The notes: generated from the letters alone by a model not told the origin. A stretch of 64,000 nucleotides of DNA from an uncultured bacterium (GCA_937879955.1 CALFMK010000001.1:201578-265577); one strand, 5' to 3'. Counted from the stretch's first letter, positions 46,983-56,936 are shown. Translations and numbers: made by a program.

Positions 46983-47096
46983 ATGAACGTGCATCAGGCT
47001 CAGGCCCCGCCCGGCGTCGCGAACGCCGCCGCTCTGGCCGTCAACAGCGCCGACACGGACCGCACCGCCGACACCGGGCATGCCGCGCCCGGATGA
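46983..47096 (+). CDS. small Ala/Pro/Thr-rich peptide (37 aa), speculative
   Basis: AAGGAG SD 9 nt upstream. MNVHQAQAPPGVANAAALAVNSADTDRTADTGHAAPG. Followed by two hairpins. Confidence 0.3.
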   Translation: MNVHQAQAPPGVANAAALAVNSADTDRTADTGHAAPG

Positions 47097-47103
47097 CGAA
47101 GAA

Positions 47104-47132
47104 CCCCGGGATGGCAGAGGTGCCATCCCGGG
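47104..47132 (+). terminator. stable hairpin (13-bp stem)
   Basis: ccccgggatggca-gag-tgccatcccggg. Confidence 0.4.
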
Positions 47133-47160
47133 ACCTCGCCTCTCGGCCGTCCATTCACAA

Positions 47161-47189
47161 ACCCGTCCTGTACGGGTTTTACTATTTAT
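47161..47189 (+). terminator. Rho-independent terminator
   Basis: acccgt-cctgt-acgggt followed by tttactatttat. Confidence 0.55.
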
Positions 47190-47624
47190 GAAGCGTTCAT
47201 TTTCATATGTTGTAAAGAAACGTGTTGTGCTATAGTTCCCGCACTCGCTTCCGAGCCATCACGTAGCAGAAAGGGTTCCTGGACATGACCAGGGGATTCC
47301 AGAATCAAGGCGATCTCGGGCTGCCCCTTAGGCAGACCAACACGGCACCTCCTCAGCAGCACGGGGCCAGCGGCGACAAGATCAAGTTCGTCGACCGGCC
47401 GAACAGGAGGGTTCCGAAGGGCGGAGCCTAGGCTCCGCCCTTCGGGGCTCCCCGCTCAGCGAGCAGCTCTTTCCGAGACCCTATCCAGGGTCTCTTTCCA
47501 TATATATAGGTTCCGTGCTATACATTCCCTATCGCGAGCGCGTATATACGCCGTGCGCGGGCTATCCCTGAGCTGCCGGAAGGCACTCAGTACCCGTCAC
47601 ATAGGAACGCCTCGTACACTAATC

Positions 47625-48773
47625 ATGCCTGAAGAGAACCAGGCAGCTGAGGAGCGCAAGGCTCCCCCAGTTGTCTCGACCGTCGCCGTAGAGGCCGGTC
47701 ACCCGATGGAGACCCTTATCGACTCGATCGCGACGCCTCCGCGCGTCGGCGACCTCGTCGAGGGAACCATCATCGAGCTCGTGCGCGGACGCCTCTACGT
47801 AGACCTCCCGCCGTTCGGAACCGGTATCATCTACGGCCGCGAGTACCTCAACGCCGCTGACGTTCTCCGCAAGGCGAACCCGGGCGACACTATCTCAGCT
47901 AAGGTCGTCGACGCCGCAGGCCTCGACGGCTACATCGAGCTCTCCCTCAAGGAGGCTCGCCAGGCCGCTATCTGGAGCGAGGCCGAGCAGGCTATCGCGG
48001 CCCAGAGTGTCTACACCCTCACCGTCGACGAGGCGAACAAGGGCGGACTCATCCTTACCTGGCAGGGCATCCAGGGCTTCCTCCCTGCCTCCCAGCTCAC
48101 GAAGGAGCACTACCCGCGCGTTCCTGAGGGCGACAAGGACAAGATCTTCTCCGAGCTCCAGAAGCTCACGGGCACCCAGCTGTCGGTCCGCATCATCACG
48201 GCGGACGCGAAGGAGGGCAAGCTCATCTTCTCCGAGCGCGCAGGCGACGAGGAGAACGAGAAGGCATCCCTCATCGACAAGTACCAGGTGGGCGACGTCG
48301 TGGAGGGCGAGGTCACGGGCGCCGTCGACTTCGGCGTCTTCGTGAAGCTCGAGCAGGGTCTCGAGGGCCTCGTGCACATCTCGGAGCTCGACTGGGGCCT
48401 CGTGGAGGATCCTCGCGCGCTCTTCAAGGTCGGCGACAAGGTCTCCGTGAAGGTCATCGAGGTGAAGGACGGCAAGGTGTCCCTCTCCGTGAAGGCGCTC
48501 AGGGAGAACCCGTGGAAGACCGCCCAGGACCGCTACAAGAAGGGCATGGAGGTCTCCGGCGTCATCATCAAGTACAACAAGCATGGCGCGCTCGCGTCCA
48601 TCGAGGAAGGCGTCGCAGGCCTCGTGCACATCTCGGAGTTCGCTTCCCCGGTGGAGCTCCGCGAGTCGCTCGAGCTCGGCAAGACCTACCCGTTCACCAT
48701 CACCCTCTTCGAACCGAAGGACCAGCGCATGACGCTCTCCTACACCGGCCCGAAGAAAGGAGCCAAGAAGTAA
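47625..48773 (+). CDS. rpsA: 30S ribosomal protein S1 (four S1 domains)
   Basis: MPEENQAAEE... Repeated S1 OB-fold blocks (GDLVEGTIIELV, VGDVVEGEVTGAVDFGVFVKL, GMEVSGVIIKYNKHGALASI). Confidence 0.9.
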   Translation: MPEENQAAEERKAPPVVSTVAVEAGHPMETLIDSIATPPRVGDLVEGTIIELVRGRLYVDLPPFGTGIIYGREYLNAADVLRKANPGDTISAKVVDAAGLDGYIELSLKEARQAAIWSEAEQAIAAQSVYTLTVDEANKGGLILTWQGIQGFLPASQLTKEHYPRVPEGDKDKIFSELQKLTGTQLSVRIITADAKEGKLIFSERAGDEENEKASLIDKYQVGDVVEGEVTGAVDFGVFVKLEQGLEGLVHISELDWGLVEDPRALFKVGDKVSVKVIEVKDGKVSLSVKALRENPWKTAQDRYKKGMEVSGVIIKYNKHGALASIEEGVAGLVHISEFASPVELRESLELGKTYPFTITLFEPKDQRMTLSYTGPKKGAKK

Positions 48774-48795
48774 TCCGCAAGGATAATAGAAGCGA

Positions 48796-48832
48796 AAAAC
48801 GCGCCGGAGATATCCGGCGCGTTTTTCTATTT
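48796..48832. terminator. bidirectional Rho-independent terminator (rpsA / pth convergent)
   Basis: aaaaacgcgccgga-gata-tccggcgcgttttt then ctatttc. Confidence 0.7.
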
Positions 48833-48878
48833 CTTCTCCAGTGACCAGTCGATCGTGGCCCCATCAACCGAGGAGCGC

Positions 48879-49478
48879 CTAGCGCGTGTTCGCCACGAGC
48901 ATCGCCTTCTCGATGCCGTCGGTCACGAAGTAGCGCGCGGCTTCCGCTGCCTTCGCGAGCGTCTCCTTGAGGAGCGCCTCTTCTGTCGGCTTGAACTTCC
49001 CGATCACATGCTTGATCACCTTCTCTTCGCCGGAGACCTTCTTCAGCTTCCCCTTCGGGGTCTGTCCCGCGATGCCGATCTTCATCTGCGCGAAGTCCTT
49101 GGTCTTGAGCGCGCGCATGATACTCTCGGCGCCCTTGTGTCCGCCCGCGCCGCGGCCGTATCCCGTCATCTTGATCACGCCGAGCGGCAGGTCGAGGTCG
49201 TCGCGTATCACGAGGAGCTTCTTCGCGGCAGGCTTCGACTTCACGAGCGCGAGCGCCGTCTTGCCCGACACGTTCATGTACACCTCCGGAAGCGCGACGA
49301 TCACCTTCTCGTCGTCTATAGAACCCTGCGCGACCGATGCCTGCGCCGCCTTATTCAGCTTGAAGTCCGCGATCCCCTCTTCCTTCGCGAAGAGCTCGGC
49401 CGCCATGCGTCCGGCGTTGTGCCGGGTCTTCTCATATTCGCCGCCCGGGTTCCCGAGGCCGATTATCACGTGTGCCAT
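48879..49478 (-). CDS. pth: peptidyl-tRNA hydrolase
   Basis: MAHVIIGLGNPGGEYEKTRHNAGRMA is the canonical Pth N-terminus; catalytic His in HNAG. Confidence 0.9.
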   Translation of the reverse strand: MAHVIIGLGNPGGEYEKTRHNAGRMAAELFAKEEGIADFKLNKAAQASVAQGSIDDEKVIVALPEVYMNVSGKTALALVKSKPAAKKLLVIRDDLDLPLGVIKMTGYGRGAGGHKGAESIMRALKTKDFAQMKIGIAGQTPKGKLKKVSGEEKVIKHVIGKFKPTEEALLKETLAKAAEAARYFVTDGIEKAMLVANTR

Positions 49479-49570
49479 TGAGCACCATCCTACCATCCAC
49501 AATCCAATTCTCAGTCGCAAGGAAAACAGAAGACCCACCGGAGCGGGTACTTCCGCCGGCGGGTCGTATA

Positions 49571-50074
49571 TCAGGCTGCCCGACTCGCGGACTCCTTCGT
49601 CACGGCCTCGATCGCCGCGGCAAGCGCGTCGACCTCGACCGTGAACTTCTCACCTTTATGCGCGAGGAAGCTGCACTCGGGTCCGAAGTGGTACGCGTAG
49701 TCCTGGATGAAGATCGCGGGGCCGGTCGCAACGCCGAGCGGCCACGGGTCGATGATCACCGAAGCATCCGAGTCCCGAAGCGTGAGCCACGAGTGCTCGA
49801 GCCGGCGTCCCTTCCCGTTCGGTCCCGTGACCAGGACGAATCCGTCATGCGCGTCGACCGGCAGGAACCGGGCGAGCGCATGCGCGATCACGTGACAGTT
49901 CGGGATGCCGGTAGAAACCGCGACGTCCGAGTCCAAACGGACACCGAACATGAACGCCGGGAACTCAATCTTCTCAGGAAGCGCTTCGAGTATCTGTTCA
50001 ATACGTACGAATACCTCCCACGCCTTCTCAGGCACCTGCCTAGCTGCATGCGGCCTCATTGCAGAGTCCTCCAA
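49571..50074 (-). CDS. hypothetical protein
   Basis: 167-aa ORF upstream of pth, no motif recognised. Confidence 0.4.
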   Translation of the reverse strand: MEDSAMRPHAARQVPEKAWEVFVRIEQILEALPEKIEFPAFMFGVRLDSDVAVSTGIPNCHVIAHALARFLPVDAHDGFVLVTGPNGKGRRLEHSWLTLRDSDASVIIDPWPLGVATGPAIFIQDYAYHFGPECSFLAHKGEKFTVEVDALAAAIEAVTKESASRAA

Positions 50075-50168
50075 ATTGCCTCTTGCCAGAACCTAGCACG
50101 GATCACCTGCGGGCTCCAGCACGCATGCGTCATGGTGTTCGGATGCAAACGAATGCGGAATATTTGAC

Positions 50169-50750
50169 GTGCGACTTGAGAGGAATACAATGACGCTCAT
50201 GAAAGTTCTCGTGACGGCGCTTCGTGAGATCCTCACCTTCGTCGTTCTCGCTGTGATCATCGTCGTCCCCATCCGCCTCTTCGTCGCGCAGCCGTTCGTC
50301 GTCGAGGGCGAGAGCATGTATCCAACCTTCAACAGCGGCGACTACCTCATCGTTGACCAGCTCACCTACCGCCTCCAGGACCCGAAGCGCGGCGACGTCG
50401 TCGTGTTCCGCTACCCGAACGACGAGAAGGTCTTCTACATAAAGCGCATCATCGGCCTCCCGGGCGAGACCGTGCACATAAAGGAGGGCGCGACGAGCGT
50501 CACCAAGGTAGACGGCACCACCATCGACCTCGACGAGTCCTATGTCGTCTCCGAGGATGCCACCTACGACCTCGACCGCACGCTCGGCGAGGACCAGTAC
50601 TTCGTTATGGGCGACAACCGCCCGAGGAGCTCGGACTCCCGCGTATGGGGCCCGCTCCCGAAGCGTGACCTCATGGGCCGCGCCTATCTCCGCCTGCTCC
50701 CTGCCGGCGAGATCGGCGTGCTCCCGGGCTCCGTTACCGAACCTCAGTAG
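50169..50750 (+). CDS. lepB: signal peptidase I
   Basis: GESMYPTF (Ser box), RGDVVVF, YIKRIIGLPGETV (Lys box), GDNRPRSSDSRVWG. Confidence 0.9.
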   Translation: MRLERNTMTLMKVLVTALREILTFVVLAVIIVVPIRLFVAQPFVVEGESMYPTFNSGDYLIVDQLTYRLQDPKRGDVVVFRYPNDEKVFYIKRIIGLPGETVHIKEGATSVTKVDGTTIDLDESYVVSEDATYDLDRTLGEDQYFVMGDNRPRSSDSRVWGPLPKRDLMGRAYLRLLPAGEIGVLPGSVTEPQ

Positions 50751-50760
50751 ACCTTTTCCT

Positions 50761-51918
50761 ATGCCTACCACGCTTCAGCCTTCAGACATCCTCAAGCGTG
50801 CACACGCCATCGGGAACTATTACGGCTTCGCGCCGCTTTCCTCTCTCACGCATGCCAAGCGCGGCCAGGGCGCGAAGGCGCCGTATCCTGACGGCTATGC
50901 GCTCGATACGCTCGACCCGCAGGCGAAGGAGGTCGTGGCGCTCTTGAAGCAGGTCCGCGATAGCGGCATGGCGCCCTCCGCCGCGCAGCCGCTCTTCTTC
51001 TGGCACAGCAACGCCGCGCAGGGACGCCCGGCGCCGAAGCAGATCGTGATCCAGTTCCATGTGCTCGGCGTCGAGCACGCGATCGGCGACGCCGTGCTCA
51101 TCCGCGCCGTGCGCGCGTTCATGCAGGACCTCGTGAAGGCCGACCCGAAGCTCCGCCTCAACAGCATGGGCGACAAGGAGACGCGCAGCCGCTACGCGCG
51201 CGAGTTCGCGCAGTTCACCAGGAAGCACGGAAACGCGCTTCCGGTCGAATGCATCGAGAAGGCGAAGAGCGGGAACGTGATCGAGGCGGCATCCATGCTC
51301 ACCTGCATGAAGGATTACGTCGACCTGCTCCCGTCCCCGACCGACCACCTCTCCGAGGCGAGCCGCAAGCACTTCGAGTCCGTGCTCGAGTACCTCGAGA
51401 CGACCGACACCCCGTACGAGCTCGCGCCGGACCTTCTCTCGCACGGGAACTCGTGGGCCGAGACCTGCTTCGACCTCTCCATCCCGAACGGCAACGATAC
51501 GCTCCATGCCTGGGGCTCCCGCTACAACGAGCTCGCGCGCCCGTTCTTCAAGTCCGCGGTGCATTCGGTAGGCGCCATCGTCCGCATCAACACGGCGAAC
51601 CGCGAGACCATCGCGCCCGTGAAGGAGCGCGGCGCGCCCCGCTTCGTGTTCGTGCACATCGGCGACGAGGCGAAGCGCGAGAGCATGAAGATGGCCGACG
51701 AGCTGCGCCGCGCACGCATCCCGATGACGCAGGCCATGGGCGTCGCGTCGCTGTCCGAGCAGATGCGCCTCGCCGAGACCCATAACCCGCAGTACCTCCT
51801 CATCATGGGCCGCAAGGAGGCGCTCGAGCGCAACGTCATCCTCCGCGAGCGCTCCACGCATACCGAGACCTTCATTCCGCTCTCGTCCCTCATAGATAGA
51901 TTGAAGTCGGTGGCGTAA
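50761..51918 (+). CDS. histidyl-tRNA synthetase-like protein (class II HisS/HisZ family, divergent N-terminus)
   Basis: LRLNSMGD..RSRY, C-terminal class II anticodon-binding-like RFVFVHIGDEAKRESMKMADELRRARIP. HisRS-like order of blocks, but N-terminal motif-1 region short/divergent. ORF-track start at 50542 is upstream out-of-context extension. Confidence 0.45.
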   Translation: MPTTLQPSDILKRAHAIGNYYGFAPLSSLTHAKRGQGAKAPYPDGYALDTLDPQAKEVVALLKQVRDSGMAPSAAQPLFFWHSNAAQGRPAPKQIVIQFHVLGVEHAIGDAVLIRAVRAFMQDLVKADPKLRLNSMGDKETRSRYAREFAQFTRKHGNALPVECIEKAKSGNVIEAASMLTCMKDYVDLLPSPTDHLSEASRKHFESVLEYLETTDTPYELAPDLLSHGNSWAETCFDLSIPNGNDTLHAWGSRYNELARPFFKSAVHSVGAIVRINTANRETIAPVKERGAPRFVFVHIGDEAKRESMKMADELRRARIPMTQAMGVASLSEQMRLAETHNPQYLLIMGRKEALERNVILRERSTHTETFIPLSSLIDRLKSVA

Positions 51919-52025
51919 CCCGACTGCACAGGGGCCCTGGCACTCCTGCCAAGGCCTTTTGTATATTGACATTTACCTAATTGTATGTTTATAATGGATA
52001 CAGAAACCTCACGGGAGTCCTCCTA

Positions 52026-52319
52026 ATGACCGACACGAAGACCGACCTTCCACTCATCGCCCTTTCCGTCATGATGATCATCGGCGGCCTGCTCATGGCC
52101 TTCGCGGTCGCGAACCTGCCGGCCTCCAACAAGGTCGTCCTCGGCGGCTTCGCTGCCCTGGGCGTCGGCTTCGGCACGGCGCTCTTCCGCACCGGGCTGC
52201 AGGACCGCATCGACCGCTGGAGCATCGCTTGCCTCCTGTTCGGGGCCGCCGGCTTCGTAATCGGCGGTATCGCGGCCATCATCAACCACCCTGCCTCGCA
52301 CGTCGTCTTCGGCCTGTAG
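52026..52319 (+). CDS. small membrane protein (3 TM helices)
   Basis: MTDTKTDLPLIALSVMMIIGGLLMAFAVANL... Confidence 0.4.
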   Translation: MTDTKTDLPLIALSVMMIIGGLLMAFAVANLPASNKVVLGGFAALGVGFGTALFRTGLQDRIDRWSIACLLFGAAGFVIGGIAAIINHPASHVVFGL

Positions 52320-52403
52320 GCGCCGCGCCCGTTGTCTTTCCAGACAGCGGGCGTTTTCATGCCTTCCTAGACAGGAAACCCCCATTTATGCTATTCTCCG
52401 GCT

Positions 52404-52664
52404 ATGCAAAACGCCGTCCGTATTGAGGTTGTCCGCAGCAAGAACGAGAGTTCTGCTTCGCTCATCCGCCGTTTCTCCCGCCGTGGCCAGGGTCTCGGCC
52501 TCGTCCGTGCCCTCCGCAAGCGCCGCTACTTCGTCCGCGAGAAGTCGAAGAACGTCGATCACGCTCGCGCCATGATCCGCGGAGAGCGCATCGCCGAGTA
52601 CAACGAGCAGGTGAAGCTCGGCAAGATCGATCCAGCAGCCCGCAAGGGACGCGGAAAGAAGTAG
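52404..52664 (+). CDS. rpsU: 30S ribosomal protein S21
   Basis: Basic 86-aa protein, SASLIRRFSRRGQGLGLVRALRKRRYFVREKSK fits the S21 pattern (F..ALRRFKR...G...E.RRR.FYEKPS). Confidence 0.6.
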   Translation: MQNAVRIEVVRSKNESSASLIRRFSRRGQGLGLVRALRKRRYFVREKSKNVDHARAMIRGERIAEYNEQVKLGKIDPAARKGRGKK

Positions 52665-52687
52665 CATCGAGCGCCTCCGGGCGCTTT

Positions 52688-53137
52688 TTGCTTTACACTC
52701 TCCCTATGACATCCACTCTCGACATCCGCAACTTCACGAAGTCCCCTGTTCCCCGCTTCCCGTACGAGGAGGCGCTGAACGCTATCCTTCCCGGGTGGGA
52801 CATGTCGCTCGCCTTCGCAGGAAAAGCGCGCGCCAAGGCTATGAACGTGGCGCTCCGGAACAAGGACTACGTCCCGAACGTGCTCTCGTACGAATCCGGC
52901 ACGAAGTCCGGCGAGATCGTGATCTGCCTCGAGGTCGCGAAGAAGCAGGCACCCGACTACGACATGACGTACACGGAGTTCGTCGGGTTCCTTTTTATCC
53001 ACGGCTGCTTCCATTTGAAGGGAGAGCAGCACGGGGCTACAATGGAGCGCAAGGAACGCTTGATGCTCAAGCGGCTTACTAGCCCGTCACAGAAATCCTC
53101 CACCGCTAATGTCCCGACGAATCGCAACCGGCATTGA
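52688..53137 (+). CDS. ybeY: endoribonuclease YbeY (rRNA maturation factor)
   Basis: Zinc motif FLFIHGCFHLKGEQH (HGxLHLxGYDH-type). About 145 aa. Start may be MTSTL at 52706. Confidence 0.8.
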   Translation: MLYTLPMTSTLDIRNFTKSPVPRFPYEEALNAILPGWDMSLAFAGKARAKAMNVALRNKDYVPNVLSYESGTKSGEIVICLEVAKKQAPDYDMTYTEFVGFLFIHGCFHLKGEQHGATMERKERLMLKRLTSPSQKSSTANVPTNRNRH

Positions 53138-54281
53138 TATCGGCACGCACCAGACGAAAGTCGTGGTGGTCGAGGAGGTGCAGACGGAGCAGGGTTCGGA
53201 GCTTCATATCATCGGGACAGGCATCGCTGAGAGCCGTGGCATGCGCCACGGCTACGTCGTAGACGCCGAGGACGCGGCCGAGAGCGTGCGTGCCGCCCGC
53301 GCGCAGGCGGAACAGGCCGCCCGCGTGCCCATCCGCCGCGGCTTCCTCGCGATCGGCGGCGTCTCGCTCGACGAGGTCCGCGCCACCGGCGAGACCATCA
53401 TCTCCCGCGCCGACCAGGAGATAACCGACCTCGACCTCGAGAAGGTGCTCGACAACGCGCGCGAGGCCGCGCGCCCGAGCTTCCTTAACCGGACCGTCCT
53501 CCATGAGATCCCGATAGAGTTCAGGGTCGACGGCGCGAAGTCGCTCGGCGAGCCAGTAGGCCTCAAGGGCACGCGCCTCACCGCCGACTACCTCTTCATC
53601 ACTTGTCTCACACAGCATGCGGACGTACTCACCATGACGACGGAAGCCGCAAACATCGAGGTCATCGACCGCATGGCCTCCCCGCTCGCCGGCTCCTACG
53701 TCACCCTCACGAAGGACCAGAAGATGAAGGGCTGCGTGCTCGCCAACATCGGCGCGGAGACCGTCTCCATCGTCGTCTATGACGAGGGCCTCCCTATCTC
53801 CGTGAAGGTGTTCCCGATCGGCTCGACCAACATCACCGACGACCTCGCGCTCGGCTTCAAGGTGTCCCTCGAGGACGCGGAGCGCCTGAAGCTCGGCAGG
53901 CTCGGCGGCAACATGTATCCCCGGAAGCGCGTGGACGAGATCGTCACGGCCCGCTTCCGCGCCATGTTCGAGCTCATCGACAAGCACCTGAAGATGCTCG
54001 GCCGTCGTGGCTCCCTCCCTGCCGGCATCATCATCTCCGGCGGCGCCTCCGGCCAGGGTGCGATCTCAGACATCGCGAAGGGTACGCTCAACCTCCCGTC
54101 CCGCATCGCGGACCTCAAGGTATCGAGCGACACGAAGGTGAAGGACGCGACCTGGGCCGTCGCGTACGGCCTCGCGCTCTGGGGACTCACCGGGGACACC
54201 GAGACGCCGAAGAAGCAGGCGAATCCCGTAGGCGACATCGTCGCTACCGCGCAGAAGTTTTTGAAGCAGTTCCTGCCGTAA
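53109..54281 (+). CDS. ftsA: cell division protein FtsA
   Basis: Actin-fold N-terminus IATGIDIGTHQTKVVVVEE, IISGGASGQGAISDIAK; directly upstream of ftsZ. Confidence 0.9.
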   Translation: MSRRIATGIDIGTHQTKVVVVEEVQTEQGSELHIIGTGIAESRGMRHGYVVDAEDAAESVRAARAQAEQAARVPIRRGFLAIGGVSLDEVRATGETIISRADQEITDLDLEKVLDNAREAARPSFLNRTVLHEIPIEFRVDGAKSLGEPVGLKGTRLTADYLFITCLTQHADVLTMTTEAANIEVIDRMASPLAGSYVTLTKDQKMKGCVLANIGAETVSIVVYDEGLPISVKVFPIGSTNITDDLALGFKVSLEDAERLKLGRLGGNMYPRKRVDEIVTARFRAMFELIDKHLKMLGRRGSLPAGIIISGGASGQGAISDIAKGTLNLPSRIADLKVSSDTKVKDATWAVAYGLALWGLTGDTETPKKQANPVGDIVATAQKFLKQFLP

Positions 54282-54590
54282 CGCTGCATCACACACCGCA
54301 TTGACTGGCACCGGCACGCGGTGCCATTCTTTTATACAGAAGCGAAAGGAGGGCACCATGTCGAAGTTCGGCCACTAACGCAAGGCGAGAAGAGAGCGTA
54401 GCGCTCTCTATTCCCTGCTCCGGGGTATGCGGAAACGGAGCGCGGTCCCGGCATCTGCTGATCAGATGCCGGGACCTTTCCATGAGACACTGAAATAACA
54501 GCACGATTCCTCTATTTGTCAGGATTTGCGGCCTCGTTCCATCCTTGTATGATAAGGCCACGTTATTAGGGGACCCGTTAACAGCTCCAT

Positions 54591-55892
54591 ATGTCAAAGC
54601 GTGTAGAACCAGAAGTCGAGACGTTCGCCAGGATCCGTGTCGTAGGTGTCGGCGGCTCCGGCTGCAACGCCGTGAACCACATGGTTAATTCGAAGGTGAA
54701 GGGCGTTGAGTTCATCGCCGTCAACTCCGACGCGCAGGACCTCCACCGCTCCCTCGCGAAGCGGAAGATCCATATCGGCAAGAATCTCACCCGCGGCCTC
54801 GGCACCGGCATGAACCCGGAGCTTGGCAAGCGCGCGGCTGAGGAGACCCGCCAGGAGATCCAGGAGGCGCTCCAGGGCTCCGACATGGTCTTCATCACCT
54901 GCGGCATGGGAGGCGGCACCGGCACCGGCGCAGCTCCGGTCGTAGCGCGCATCGCGAAGGAGATCGGCGCGCTCACCGTCGCGGTGGTCACCCGCCCGTT
55001 CATGTTCGAGGGCATGCACCGCAAGGACCTCGCGGAGCGCGGCCTCTTCGAGCTCAAGAAGGAGGTGGATGCGTTCATCGTGATCCCGAACGACAAGCTC
55101 CTCGCGGTAGTCGAGGCGCAGACCTCAGCGAAGTCCGCGTTCGCGATGGCCGATGAGATCCTCCGTCAGGCCGTCGAGGGCGTCTCCGACATCATCACCA
55201 CCCCGGGCGAGATCAACACCGACTTCAACGACATCAAGGCCATCATGGAGGGCGCAGGCCCTGCCCTCATGGGCATCGGCATCGCCGAAGGCGACCGCCG
55301 TGCACAGGACGCCGCGGCCCAGGCCGTGAACTCCCCGCTCCTCGACGTCTCCATCACGGGCGCGAAGGGCGTGCTCTTCGTAGTCGCCGGCGCTGACGAC
55401 CTCGGCATCCTCGAGGTCCAGGAGGCGGCCAAGGTGGTCTCCGACTCGGTGGACCCATCCGCGAAGGTCATCTTCGGTATCATGCGCGACGAGAAGCTCA
55501 AGAAGGGCCAGATCCGCATCATCGTCATCGCGACCGGATTCCCGGAGGGCGAGAGCGGCAGCGAGCAGGGCATCGAGCGCTCCCTCTTCGCGATGCAGCC
55601 TGCCGAGCAGGGAGAGGCCCGCGGCAAGATCTATAACGACATCGGCCGCCGCGAGGAGCCAGCTCCAGCCCCGGCACCAGCGCCCGCGCCGGTCCCTGAG
55701 CCAGTGCTCGCGCCAGAGCCGCCGAAGGTGGAAAAGCGCCGCGAGGAGCCTCTCGTGACCGCGCAGCCGCGCCGCGAGGAGCAGGCTCCGGTCCAGAAGA
55801 CCGTTACCCCGCCGTCGGCACAGAACGCAGCCGAGGACGAGGACGAGGCCTGGGGCGCGATCCCATCCTTCCTCCGCCGCCATAAGAAGTAA
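54591..55892 (+). CDS. ftsZ: cell division protein FtsZ
   Basis: Tubulin signature GGGTGTG (ITCGMGGGTGTGAAPVVARIAKE), T7 loop NxDFxD (NTDFNDIKA), Pro/Ala-rich linker and conserved C-terminal peptide. Confidence 0.95.
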   Translation: MSKRVEPEVETFARIRVVGVGGSGCNAVNHMVNSKVKGVEFIAVNSDAQDLHRSLAKRKIHIGKNLTRGLGTGMNPELGKRAAEETRQEIQEALQGSDMVFITCGMGGGTGTGAAPVVARIAKEIGALTVAVVTRPFMFEGMHRKDLAERGLFELKKEVDAFIVIPNDKLLAVVEAQTSAKSAFAMADEILRQAVEGVSDIITTPGEINTDFNDIKAIMEGAGPALMGIGIAEGDRRAQDAAAQAVNSPLLDVSITGAKGVLFVVAGADDLGILEVQEAAKVVSDSVDPSAKVIFGIMRDEKLKKGQIRIIVIATGFPEGESGSEQGIERSLFAMQPAEQGEARGKIYNDIGRREEPAPAPAPAPAPVPEPVLAPEPPKVEKRREEPLVTAQPRREEQAPVQKTVTPPSAQNAAEDEDEAWGAIPSFLRRHKK

Positions 55893-55953
55893 TCTGATAC
55901 GGCGTATGAAATCCCCCGAAGCTCGCTCCAGGGGATTTTGCTATACTGACCTC

Positions 55954-56880
55954 ATGAACGACCTCATCATCATTGGCGGCGGACCGGCAGGCGTCGCCGC
56001 GGGCGTATATGCCGCCCGAAAGCGCCTCAAGACCGTGCTCATAGCCGAGGAGATCGGCGGACAGAGCACCGTGTCCGACGGCATCGAGAACTGGATCGGG
56101 ACCGTGAACATCAAGGGCGAGGACCTGAAGAAGTCCTTCAAGGCGCATCTCGAGGCCTATAAGGAGAACGTAGTCGAAATCATCGAAGGAGACCGCGTCG
56201 AGAAGCTCGAGAAGGCCGGGAACGGCTTCACGGCTACCACCCGCGACTGCAAGGAGTATTCGGCGCGCGCCGTGCTCCTCGCCTCGGGCGCGTCCCGCAA
56301 GAAGCTCCTCGTCCCGGGCGCGGACCTCTTCGAGAACAAGGGCGTGACGTACTGCGCTTCCTGCGACGGCCCGGTCTTCGCCGGACAGGACGTAGCGGTC
56401 GTGGGCGGCGGCAACGCCGGCCTCGAGACCGCCGCGCAGCTCCTCGCCTACGCGAAGTCCGTCACCATCATCCATCGCCACGCGTCCTTCAAGGGCGAGG
56501 CCATCACCGTGGAGAAGATTCTCTCGCACCCGAACCTCCGGACCGTGATGAACGCGGAGCCGACCGAGGTCATCGGCGAGAAGTTCGTCGCGGGACTCAA
56601 GGTGAAGGACCGTACGACCGGCGAGATAGAGACGCTCCCGGTCTCCGGCGTCTTCGTCGAGGTCGGCGTCATCCCGAACACGAGCTTCGCGAAGGACCTC
56701 GTCGAGCTCGATCCGGTCGGGCACGTCGTGACCAACGCGCGCGACCAGCACACCTCCTGCGAGGGCATCTGGGCGGCCGGCGACTGCACCGACGAGCTCT
56801 ATCACCAGAACAACATCGCCGCGGGCGACGCCGTGAAGGCGCTCGAGGACATATATCAGTGGCTGATGAAGCACTCGTAA
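55954..56880 (+). CDS. trxB: thioredoxin-disulfide reductase
   Basis: MNDLIIIGGGPAGVAAGVYAARK (FAD GxGxxG), redox-active CASCDG, NADPH site VVGGGNAGLETA. Confidence 0.9.
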   Translation: MNDLIIIGGGPAGVAAGVYAARKRLKTVLIAEEIGGQSTVSDGIENWIGTVNIKGEDLKKSFKAHLEAYKENVVEIIEGDRVEKLEKAGNGFTATTRDCKEYSARAVLLASGASRKKLLVPGADLFENKGVTYCASCDGPVFAGQDVAVVGGGNAGLETAAQLLAYAKSVTIIHRHASFKGEAITVEKILSHPNLRTVMNAEPTEVIGEKFVAGLKVKDRTTGEIETLPVSGVFVEVGVIPNTSFAKDLVELDPVGHVVTNARDQHTSCEGIWAAGDCTDELYHQNNIAAGDAVKALEDIYQWLMKHS

Positions 56881-56900
56881 TTCCCTACTTGGATACAGAA

Positions 56901-56936
56901 AGAGCCGCATCCTCGGATGCGGCTCTTTCTGTTCTG
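56901..56936. terminator. Rho-independent terminator after trxB
   Basis: agagccgcatcc-tcg-gatgcggctct followed by ttctgttctg. Confidence 0.65.
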
